Notes under the pieces: generated by a model | What the model saw: the letters and a program-made list of their open reading frames with translations, nothing else | Database searches by the model: none | What the model was told of the DNA's origin: nothing | Assembly: GCA_963725665.1 (NCBI GenBank) | Contig: CAVRZA010000004.1 | Location: 480,001 to 544,000, forward strand | Length of the DNA: 64,000 nt | Reading direction: 5' to 3' | Source: an uncultured Actinomycetes bacterium | GTDB taxonomy: Bacteria > Actinomycetota > Thermoleophilia > UBA2241 | Shown here: one piece after another, positions 38,225 through 46,737 of the stretch | Layout: each line of letters starts with the position of its first letter | Numbering within the stretch: position 1 is the stretch's first letter | Program-made: the position numbers and the translations under genes

Positions 38225-38976
38225 GGCGTCTCCGCGCTGACGGGAGAAGGCGGATCCCCTTGCATCGTCTCCGGCATGACCTGCGCCGATGTGAGGGCTT
38301 CCCGAAGCGCCGCCCGCGCCGCGTTGAGGCGGGAGCAGACAGTGCCCTTCGGCACGTCGAGCACCTCCGCGACGGAGCGGTAGTCGAAGCCGTCGCGGTC
38401 GACGAGCAGCACGACGACGCGCTGCTCCGGGCTCAGACCGGCCAGCGCCGAAGCCACCTGGGTGCGCGTGATGTAGCGGTCGGCGAGATCAGGGTCGGTG
38501 CCGAGGACCTCCTCGGACTCTTCGTAGCTGACGCTGCCGCCGCGTGCCCGGCGCAGATACCCCATGCACACGGTGTACGTGATGCGATAGAACCACGTGC
38601 CGAGCGAGGAGCGGCGACGAAAGGCCGGCAGTCCGCGGAACGCATTGAAGAAGGTGTCCTGAAGAGCGTCGTCGACCAGGTCGGCGTCGTGCAGCAGATG
38701 GAAGGCCAGCAGACGCAGGCGATCAAGATACAGGTCGACGATGGCGTCGAAGGCGGCACGGTCCCCGCGCTGGGCGGCTGCCAGCGTGAAGGGGTCGATC
38801 TCGCGGAGCTTCGTCGCTGTAGCCGGGGATTGCGGCGCGAGATCATCCTCTAGACCAGTGGGTCCCGTGTCTCCCACCGTACCCCCAACGATGGCGCCTG
38901 CTCTCGGCCGCCAGGCCGGCCGAGAGCCGCTCTCCATTGTCGCCGCCAGCGCCACCACTGTGACTCCTCGTGTCAC
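38221..38976 (-). CDS. ECF RNA polymerase sigma factor (true start probably downstream of 38976)
   Basis: Region 2 DDALQDTFFNAFRGLPAFR..SSLGTWFYRI; region 4 LSPEQRVVVLLVDRDGFDYRSVAEVLDVPKGTVCSRL. Confidence 0.92.
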   Translation of the reverse strand: MTRGVTVVALAATMESGSRPAWRPRAGAIVGGTVGDTGPTGLEDDLAPQSPATATKLREIDPFTLAAAQRGDRAAFDAIVDLYLDRLRLLAFHLLHDADLVDDALQDTFFNAFRGLPAFRRRSSLGTWFYRITYTVCMGYLRRARGGSVSYEESEEVLGTDPDLADRYITRTQVASALAGLSPEQRVVVLLVDRDGFDYRSVAEVLDVPKGTVCSRLNAARAALREALTSAQVMPETMQGDPPSPVSAETP

Positions 38977-39022
38977 CTGCCCTTTGGATGCCCGGCGGTG
39001 CCGAGGGAATCAGATGAGACGC

Positions 39023-40678
39023 CTACTTCACCCACACCATCCACATGTCGATGACGCCCATCGGGTCCAGCGCCTGGTCCTGGACCCGGTTGTTGGCGAC
39101 GCGAAAGTCGCGATAGAAGTACAGAGGGATCACAGGGGCGTCGGAGAGGATCTTCTTCTCCGCCTGGGCGTACAGGTCGAGCCGCCGGCTCTCGTCGAGG
39201 GTGCCTCGCGCTTCCTCCAGGAGTCGGTCGACCTGTGAGTTGTTGTAGAAGGTCCACAGGGTGCCGGCCCCGGACGAACTGCTATGGAAGAGGTCGTAGA
39301 GGAAGTTGTCGGCCGACGGGTAGTCGACCGCCCAGCCGCTGATGTAGAGCCCACCTTCACCCTTGATCCCCTCACGGATCCAGGAGTTCCACTCCAAGCC
39401 CTCAAGCGTGACGTCGAGGCCGACCGACCTCCAACCGGAGAGCAGAGGTGCCTCGAGGTTGCTGAATCCCTGTGACGACCCGCCCTGCGTTTCCAGGGAC
39501 AGGTAGCGGAGGGTAGGCAGGGGGGCGATCTGCTTGACGAGCTGTTTGGCCTTCTCAGCGTCGGATGGGTAGACAAGGCCGCCGGAATCGTCGTGAGGGA
39601 TGCCGTCGGGGACCAGCCCTGTGGCGGCTATGCTGGCGTTGTCCTTGGCGGCGATCACCGCGGCGCGATCGACGGAGTAGCTCAAGGCCTGGCGGAGCGG
39701 GAGGTTCGCAGGGCCGCCTACACGCGCGTTTTTCTGACTCATGCCGACGAGGATCAGGCACAGCTGGGGCCACGCTCTTGCACTCCACGAGCCGTCCCGC
39801 ACCTTGAGATGGTCTCGCGCCGCAGCCACCTGGTCCCTGGGCACCGAGGTGAAGTCGATCGCTCCCTTCTGGAACTCCCGCCACTGCGTATCCACGTCCA
39901 TGATGGGCATGTGGATCCTGTCGACATACCCCGCGTGCTCCGGGTCCCAGTAGTCCGGGTTCTTCACCAGGTCGACATACTCGCCGTGGATCCAGCGGTC
40001 GACCATGTACGGGCCCGTGCCGATCGGCTTGTTGCGGAAGGCCTCGTGACCGACCTTCTCCATGTAGTCGCGAGGCCAGACTCCTGCGACGGGGTGGCCG
40101 AGATGCAGGTAGAAGTCGGCGAGCGGGTACTTGAGCGTGACCCGCACGGTGTAGCGATCGAGAGCCTTCACGCCGCTCAGGCCCTTCTCGGCGTAGCCAT
40201 TGACGTCGGTACCCTTGATCGGCGACAGCACGAAGGTCAGGGCCGAGTTGTTCGCAGGGTCTGTGACGTAGTTCCAGTCGTTCACGAAGTCCTGCGCCGT
40301 GACCTCCCGGCTCACCGGCGGCTGGAACATGACGCCCTTCTTCAGCCTGAACGTCCACACGGTCGCCTCGGCGTTGACGCTCCAGCTCTCGGCGAGACCG
40401 GGCACTCCCCTCACGGTGCCGTCGCTCCCGGTCTCATAGCGCACCAGGCCCTGGAAGACCTGGTGGTTCACCAGGATGCTCTGGTCCTCGTAGACGTTCA
40501 GGGGCTCGATGGAGGCAGGCTCTGACTCGAGCGGCACGACGTAGGTGCCGCCCGGGACCGGCGTCGGGCTCGGAGCTGAGGCCTTGCTCTCTCCGGCGCA
40601 GCCGGAGACGGTGAGCAACAGGATGATGACGGCGGCCAGCAGGAGGAGGGACGCAGGCGATGTGCGAGAGAACCTCAT
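39023..40678 (-). CDS. Family 5 (OppA/DppA-like) substrate-binding lipoprotein
   Basis: Lipobox [43 protein letters not shown] and DAPVIPLY. Confidence 0.92.
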   Translation of the reverse strand: MRFSRTSPASLLLLAAVIILLLTVSGCAGESKASAPSPTPVPGGTYVVPLESEPASIEPLNVYEDQSILVNHQVFQGLVRYETGSDGTVRGVPGLAESWSVNAEATVWTFRLKKGVMFQPPVSREVTAQDFVNDWNYVTDPANNSALTFVLSPIKGTDVNGYAEKGLSGVKALDRYTVRVTLKYPLADFYLHLGHPVAGVWPRDYMEKVGHEAFRNKPIGTGPYMVDRWIHGEYVDLVKNPDYWDPEHAGYVDRIHMPIMDVDTQWREFQKGAIDFTSVPRDQVAAARDHLKVRDGSWSARAWPQLCLILVGMSQKNARVGGPANLPLRQALSYSVDRAAVIAAKDNASIAATGLVPDGIPHDDSGGLVYPSDAEKAKQLVKQIAPLPTLRYLSLETQGGSSQGFSNLEAPLLSGWRSVGLDVTLEGLEWNSWIREGIKGEGGLYISGWAVDYPSADNFLYDLFHSSSSGAGTLWTFYNNSQVDRLLEEARGTLDESRRLDLYAQAEKKILSDAPVIPLYFYRDFRVANNRVQDQALDPMGVIDMWMVWVK

Positions 40679-40925
40679 GCTGCCCCCCCAGGAGAAGATC
40701 CCCAGTGACGCCATTCTAGTCCCGCAAACGCCTCGCTCCAAGGAGTGTCTCGTACGGGACAGGTCGCCGCAAGTCGGGTGGCCACAATCGGCCCGCCGGG
40801 GTTTCTCCCAGCCGTCTGGTGGCGACGCTGTGTCTGTGTGCGGCGCCCTTTTGGCGCCGCAGGCACGCCCTGCGATAATAGGCAGCCGTGCCCGGGCCGA
40901 CGGGGTCCGATGCAGAGGGGACGGC

Positions 40926-43471
40926 ATGGAACGACGCTACAAGCCTCAGGAGATCGAGTCGAAGTGGCAGCGCGCGTGGCGCGAGCGCGACGCCTTCCGC
41001 ACGCCCGAGACCGCCGACAAGCCGAAGTACTACTGCCTTGACTTCTTCCCCTATCCGTCCGGCGAAGGCCTCTCAGTGGGTCACTGCCGCAACTACGTGC
41101 CCACCGACGCCGTCTCGCGCTTCATGCGCCTGACGGGCCACAACGTCCTCCACCCCATGGGCTGGGATGCCTTCGGGCTGCCGGCCGAGAACTACGCCAT
41201 CAAGCGCAGCGTGAACCCGCAGGTGACGACCGAGCAGAACATCGCCACCTACAAGCGCCAGATGGACCTGCTCGGCCTCTCCTACGACTGGTCGCGCGAG
41301 ATCAGCTCGATCGACCCCGATTACTACCGCTGGACGCAGTGGTTCTTCCTGCTCATGTTCGAGCGCGGGCTGGCCTACCGCGCCCTGGGCTCGCAGTGGT
41401 GGTGTCCGGTCGACAAGACGATCCTGGCCAACGAGCAGGTGGTCGCCGGGCGCTGCTGGCGCTGCGGCAGCGAGGTCACCAAGGTCGACCTCGAGCAGTG
41501 GTTCCTCAGGATCACCGATTACGCGCAGCGGCTGCTCGACGACCTGGCGATCATCGACTGGCCGGAGCAGATCAAGCTCATGCAGGCCAACTGGATCGGG
41601 CGCAGCGAGGGCGCCGAGGTCGATTTCGCGATACCGGGCCAAGACGAGCCGATCACGGTGTTCACGACCCGTCCCGACACGCTCTTCGGCGCTACCTACA
41701 TGGTGCTGGCGCCCGAGCACCCGCTGGTGGCGCAGTTGACGACTCCCGAGCGGCGCGCGGCGGTGGCGGAGTACCAGGCGCGCGCGCGCCGCGAGAGCGA
41801 GATCGAGCGCCTCTCCACCGAGAAGGAGAAGACCGGCGTCTTCATCGGCGCCTACGCCGTGAACCCGGTCAACGACGAGGAGATCCCCATCTGGATCTCG
41901 GACTACGTGCTCATGACCTACGGCACCGGCGCCATCATGGCCGTGCCGGGGCACGATGAGCGCGACTTCCAGTTCGCCACCGAAGTACGGCCTGCCCATC
42001 GTCGAGGTGATCGCGCCGCCCACCGGCGCGCAGGGCACGCTCAGCGAGGCCTACACGGGCGACGGGATCATGGTCAACTCCGGTCGGTTCGACGGTCTGC
42101 CGGCGCCCGGCGAGGCGTTCGCGGTCATCGTGGCCTGGCTGGGCGAGCGCGGCCTGGCGCGCAAGAAGGTCAACTTCAAGGTTGCGCGACTGGCTCATCA
42201 GCCGCCAGCGTTACTGGGGCGTGCCGATCCCTATCGTGTACTGCGGATCGTGCGGCATCGTGCCCGTCCCGGTCGAGCAGTTGCCGGTGCTCCTGCCCGA
42301 CCTGGAGGACTTCAAGCCGACCGACGACGGCCGCTCGCCGCTGGCGCGGGACGAGGAGTGGGTGCGCACGACCTGCCCGCGCTGCGGTGCCGAGGCGAGG
42401 CGTGAGACCGACACCATGGACACGTTCGTCGACTCCTCCTGGTATCACTTCCGCTTCCCCTCGCCGCACTACGACGGCGGCCCGTTCGAGCGCGGCGAGG
42501 TCGGCTACTGGCTGCCCGTCGATATGTACGTCGGCGGGGCCGAGCACGCGGTCATGCACCTGCTCTACGCGCGTTTCTTCTGCAAGGTGGCGCAGGACGC
42601 CGGCCTGGTCGACTTCGGCGAGCCCTACGCGCGCCTGCGCAACCAGGGCATGGTGCTCGCCGAGGACAACCAGAAGATGAGCAAGTCGAAGGGCAACGTG
42701 ATCACCCCCGACAGCGTGGTCGAGAAGTACGGCGCCGACAGCCTGCGCGTCTACGAGCTCTTCATCGCCCCCTTCGAGCAGGCGGTGGCCTGGAACGACC
42801 GCGGCGTGCAGGGCTGCCACCGCTTCATGGCGCGCTACTGGAACCTGGCCCTCGACGTGCACGAGGCGTTCTCCGGGCAGGGTTCGGCGCCGGCGGGCGC
42901 CGGCGCCGGCGCGGCGCAGCCGGCCGCCGGCGCTCAGAGGGGCGGGAGCGACGGTGCGGGCGCGGCCGCGGAACGCGGCCGCGCCCTGGTGCGCTCCCTG
43001 CACAAGACGATCCGCAAGGTCACCGGCGACATGGAGGGCTTCCGCTTCAACACCGCCGTCTCGGCTCTGATGGAGCTGCAGAACGAGGCGCTCGACGTGT
43101 GGGGCGGGGCGCGCGACGGGCTCAACGACGAGCAGTGGCGCGAGTACGTGGCCACGTTCACGGTGCTGGTCTCACCGATGGCTCCGCACCTCGCCGAGGA
43201 GGTCTGGCACGCGCTCGGCCTGGGGGGATCCGTGGTCGACCAGTCGTGGCCCGGCTGGGACGAGGGCCTCGCCGCCGACGAGGTGGTCACGGTGGTCGTT
43301 CAGGTCAACGGCAAGCTGCGCGACCGCCTCGAGGTGGCCGTCGACGCCGACAAGGACGAGGTGCTCGCCGCCGCGCGCGAAATGCAGAACACGGGGCGCT
43401 TCCTCGCGGGCAAGCAGGTCCTCAAGGAGGTCTACGTGCCCGGCAAGCTGGTGAACTTCGTCGTCAGGTAG
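40926..43471 (+). CDS. leuS: Leucine--tRNA ligase; extra G at about 41981 and 42181
   Basis: [60 protein letters not shown] and C-terminal [10 protein letters not shown], spread over three frames. Confidence 0.96.
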
Positions 43472-43475
43472 CGAA

Positions 43476-43548
43476 TCGCCCGCCGGCGGCGCCGTCGCGG
43501 GTCGCCCGCCGGCGGTGCGGTCGCGGCTCGCCCGCCGGCGGCGCGGTC
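43476..43548. repeat. 26-bp imperfect tandem repeat (about 2.8 copies) with internal palindrome CCGCCGGCGG
   Basis: Units starting tcgcccgccggcgg at 43476, 43502 and 43528, between convergent genes. Confidence 0.85.
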
Positions 43549-43551
43549 TTC

Positions 43552-44358
43552 CTACAGCTCCTTCCGCGCAAAGACGCGCACGGCCGCGTACAGGAACGCT
43601 CCGGCCAGCACGAGCGTGGTCGCGACCGGCCAGGCGAGGGCGACGTCGCGTCCCTTCAGCAGCGCATCGCTGGCGGCGATGATGCCGGCGGGCGAGTGGT
43701 CGCGGATGACGGGAAAGCCGGTCAGCACGACCAAAGAGACGTACACGCCGATGCCGGCGCCGGCGGCCGGCGCCTGACCCTTCATGGCGGCCGACAGGAA
43801 GAGCATGAGCAGCATGAACATCGCTCCTAGCACCAGCCAGAGAGCGACCGAGGCGATGAACGCGGCGATGTGTCTGCTGTCGAAGATGGCCGTCGTGACC
43901 AGGATGCAGACCAGCGTCCCCAGGGCGGTGGCCACGACCAGCAGGGCGAGCTGTGACGCCGCCTTGGCGAGGATGAAGCCGGCGCGCGAGAGGGGCTTGG
44001 TGAGCACCAGGACGATGGTGCCGGAGCGCCGCTCCGAGGCCACGATCGCCGCCCCGGCGATGATGATGGCCAGTAAGGCCACCTGGTCGAGGTTGCCCAG
44101 GAACTGCAGGTAGGAGTCGCGCGACGTCGGGTTCGGCAGCTTGATGACCACGCCCGGCTGTGAGCGCTCGGTGGCGCGCAGGAGCGCCGGCGTGACCGCC
44201 GTGAGCACGGGCGTTCCCAAGCCGAGGAGGAGGACCATGATGCCCGGCAGCACCCAGAGCCGCCAGGTGCGTCGCGTCTCGAGGAACTCCTTGCCGAGGA
44301 AGGCGCGGAAGCCTCGCGTTGAAGGAGCCGCCATGGCGGTCTGCGCGGCCTGACTCAC
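43552..44358 (-). CDS. ABC-2 type transporter permease (YxlG-like)
   Basis: KEFLE..RT.R, ASERRSGTIVLVLTKPLSR..FILAK, about six TM helices, C-terminal FARKEL; GTGA overlap with the ATPase gene. Confidence 0.88.
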   Translation of the reverse strand: MSQAAQTAMAAPSTRGFRAFLGKEFLETRRTWRLWVLPGIMVLLLGLGTPVLTAVTPALLRATERSQPGVVIKLPNPTSRDSYLQFLGNLDQVALLAIIIAGAAIVASERRSGTIVLVLTKPLSRAGFILAKAASQLALLVVATALGTLVCILVTTAIFDSRHIAAFIASVALWLVLGAMFMLLMLFLSAAMKGQAPAAGAGIGVYVSLVVLTGFPVIRDHSPAGIIAASDALLKGRDVALAWPVATTLVLAGAFLYAAVRVFARKEL

Positions 44359-45308
44359 CGACCGCCTCCCGCGACGAGGTCGACGAAGACCTCCTCGAGC
44401 GAGACCTCGGCGGCGTCGAGGCGGCGCAGGGCAAGGCCCTGCGCCGCGACGACGCCCGGCAGCTCTATGAAGGCCGTCTCGAGATCGGTGACGTCGATGT
44501 TCAGCTCGCGACCGTCGCGGCTCGCCTCCTTGACCCAGGGCGCCGCCGCCAGCGCGGCCGCGAGCCGCGCCGGGTCGTCGACCTCGACCGACACCACGTG
44601 GCTGCCGCCGTGCCGCGTCTTGAGCTCGTCGATGCCGGCCTGGGCCACCACGCGCCCCCGGTCGAGGATGGCCACGCGGTCGCAGACGCGCTCCACGTCG
44701 GAGAGGATGTGCGTCGAGAAGAACACCGTCGTGCGGCCCGCCAGCGACGAGACCATGTCGAGCACCTCGCGCCGCCCGATGGGATCGAGGGCGCTGGTGG
44801 GCTCGTCGAGCATGAGCAGGCGCGGCGCGTTGATGAGCGCCTGGGCGACCCCCAGCCGCTGCTTCATGCCGCGCGAGTAGCCGCCGATGCGCGCGTCGAC
44901 GCCCTGCAGGCCGGCGAGGTCGAGCAGGGCGTCGACGCGCTCGCGCAGCACGCGCTCGGGCAGGCCGAAGAGCCCTCCGGCCAGATCCAGGAACTCCCGC
45001 GCCGTCATCCACGGGTAGAAGCCCGGCACGTCGGGCAGGAAGCCGATCACGGCGCGCACCTCGTTCGTGGCCGCGACCACGTCTCGGCCGAGCACCTTCG
45101 CCGCCCCCGAGGTCGGTCGCGCCAGGCCGGCAAGGATGCGCAGCGTCGTCGTCTTGCCGGCACCGTTGGGTCCCAGAAAGCCGTAGACCGAGCCTTCGGG
45201 GATCGTCAGGTCGACGCTGTCGAGGGCGCGCGTCGAGCCGTAGACCTTAGTCAGGTTCCTGATCTCGATCGCCGCGGCGGCGCCCGCGGCGGCTTTGGCT
45301 TCAGTCAC
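44355..45308 (-). CDS. ABC transporter ATP-binding protein
   Basis: GPNGAGKTT, YSRGMKQR, LDEPTSALD and STH. Confidence 0.95.
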   Translation of the reverse strand: MTEAKAAAGAAAAIEIRNLTKVYGSTRALDSVDLTIPEGSVYGFLGPNGAGKTTTLRILAGLARPTSGAAKVLGRDVVAATNEVRAVIGFLPDVPGFYPWMTAREFLDLAGGLFGLPERVLRERVDALLDLAGLQGVDARIGGYSRGMKQRLGVAQALINAPRLLMLDEPTSALDPIGRREVLDMVSSLAGRTTVFFSTHILSDVERVCDRVAILDRGRVVAQAGIDELKTRHGGSHVVSVEVDDPARLAAALAAAPWVKEASRDGRELNIDVTDLETAFIELPGVVAAQGLALRRLDAAEVSLEEVFVDLVAGGGR

Positions 45309-45684
45309 GGGACGGTCCGTCGTCGGGCGGTTGCTGTTCGTCGTCGAGCGGCTTCCGCCCGCCGTCGGGCGGCTGCTGCGCGCCGGGGCCGTAGAGCAGG
45401 TCAGCGGCGTGGCTTGCGCGGTCGGTCGTGGGCGTCTGGTCCGCCTCCTTCTCGGCCACCGGCGGCTGCTCTCGACCGATGGCGAAATAGATGATCGGTC
45501 CGATGATCCCGAAGAGGATCACGATCACGATCCAGATCCATTTCTGCCCCCAGAGGACGGCCGGGCGCTGCACGATGTCGAGGATCGCCCAGACCATGAG
45601 GATGAGCTCGACGATGACGAGCAGGCCGACCGCGATGGCGACGCCTGTAGAGAGTCCGAAGATGTCGCCCGCGGGCAGGTGCAT
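45301..45684 (-). CDS. PLDc N-terminal-domain small membrane protein (YxlE-like)
   Basis: Two TM helices: LMVWAILDI...KWIWIVIVILFGIIGPIIYFAIGR. Confidence 0.82.
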   Translation of the reverse strand: MHLPAGDIFGLSTGVAIAVGLLVIVELILMVWAILDIVQRPAVLWGQKWIWIVIVILFGIIGPIIYFAIGREQPPVAEKEADQTPTTDRASHAADLLYGPGAQQPPDGGRKPLDDEQQPPDDGPSRD

Positions 45685-45819
45685 GTCGCCTCTCTCCCTC
45701 GATAGTTGACAGCGCGCCGCTTTGGTGTCGCTGAGGGCAATCCTGGCGGCGGCTGCCGTGCGATCGCAAGCCTAGCGCGGCGTCCCTCGTCGAGTCGAGC
45801 CGGCGGTACGCCGCTGCCA

Positions 45820-45861
45820 CACTGCGCGGTCAACCCGGTGGAGCCACTGCGCGGTCAACCC
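45820..45861. repeat. 17-bp perfect direct repeat (25-bp period) in a divergent promoter region
   Basis: cactgcgcggtcaaccc at 45820-45836 and 45845-45861. Confidence 0.85.
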
Positions 45862-45978
45862 CGCATATTGGCCTCGGCGGACGATGCCCGGCCTTCGCCG
45901 GAGTGCTACGGTCGGATCGTCCCTGCGCTCACGCCCCGGCTCGCCGTTTCGCGAGCCCTTCGAAACCCGGAGGTCCTT

Positions 45979-46629
45979 GTGCATCCGACCCGTCGCCAGC
46001 TCATCGCCTACGCCGTCCTCGCTGCGGTCGTGACTGCTGTGGGTGTCCGCTACCTGGCTTCGGCTGGGCACGCCGGGCAGACGGCGGTCGAGCTCACGGC
46101 GGCAATCGCGTCCCCTTCTGCGTCCCCGACAACGGCCGCGTCTGCGGCGCCGCTCGTCGTCTACGCGTGCGGCGCCGTGAACCACCCCGGCGTCTACGAG
46201 TTGCCCGCCGGGGCGCGCGTCGCCGACGTCCTCGCCTTGGCCATGCCGGTCGGCAAGGCAGACCTCGCCTCCATCAACCTAGCGGCCCGTCTCACCGACG
46301 GCCAGCAGGTCGTCGTGCCGCTCAAGGGGGCGGTCGCCCAGTCCGCGGCTGGGAGCGTCGGCGGTCCGGCGGCCTCCGGTGGCGCCGTCGCCGCGGGCGC
46401 CGCGGGCGCCACGACCGGCTCCGGCGCCTCTCAGTCGGCTCCCGTCAGCCTCAACACAGCCACGCTCGAGCAGCTCGACGCGCTGCAGGGTGTCGGCCCG
46501 GTGACGGCGCAGAAGATCATCGACTACCGCACCGCCAACGGCGGCTTCAAGAGCGTCGACGAGCTCAAGAACGTGTCCGGCATCGGCGACGTGCGCTTCG
46601 CCGCCCTCAAGGACTACGTGACCCTGTGA
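45979..46629 (+). CDS. comEA: Competence DNA receptor ComEA
   Basis: TM anchor, SLBB (GAVNHPGVYEL...INLA), helix-hairpin-helix (LNTATLEQLDALQGVGP...GIG); GGAGG SD. Confidence 0.92.
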   Translation: MHPTRRQLIAYAVLAAVVTAVGVRYLASAGHAGQTAVELTAAIASPSASPTTAASAAPLVVYACGAVNHPGVYELPAGARVADVLALAMPVGKADLASINLAARLTDGQQVVVPLKGAVAQSAAGSVGGPAASGGAVAAGAAGATTGSGASQSAPVSLNTATLEQLDALQGVGPVTAQKIIDYRTANGGFKSVDELKNVSGIGDVRFAALKDYVTL

Positions 46630-46631
46630 TG

Positions 46632-46674
46632 GCGGCGGGGCGGCGCGGCCCTTCAGGTCGCGCCGCCCCGCCGC
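46632..46674 (+). terminator. 19-bp stem hairpin between comEA and comEC
   Basis: gcggcggggcggcgcggcc-cttca-ggtcgcgccgccccgccgc (one G-U pair) followed by tctgtc. Confidence 0.6.
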
Positions 46675-46737
46675 TCTGTCGCGTTTCGCGGGCGCCGCTT
46701 GCCCGTGCCCGTGGTCAACCGTATCGCCCCAGGAGTC

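Noticed and set aside
40680-40925. T-box leader upstream of leuS
   Set aside because: No T-box consensus (AAGGTGGNACC-type) found, and a GATAAT -10-like hexamer sits only about 35 nt before the start.
40926-43471. leuS (and ftsI, murF, comEC) as pseudogenes, split genes or programmed frameshifts
   Set aside because: Mostly essential genes with no other decay and no shared slippery sequence; single-base indels are scattered across the window, consistent with sequencing error.
43476-43548. Possible mini-CRISPR array
   Set aside because: Units are directly adjacent with no unique spacers, and there are no cas genes in the window.
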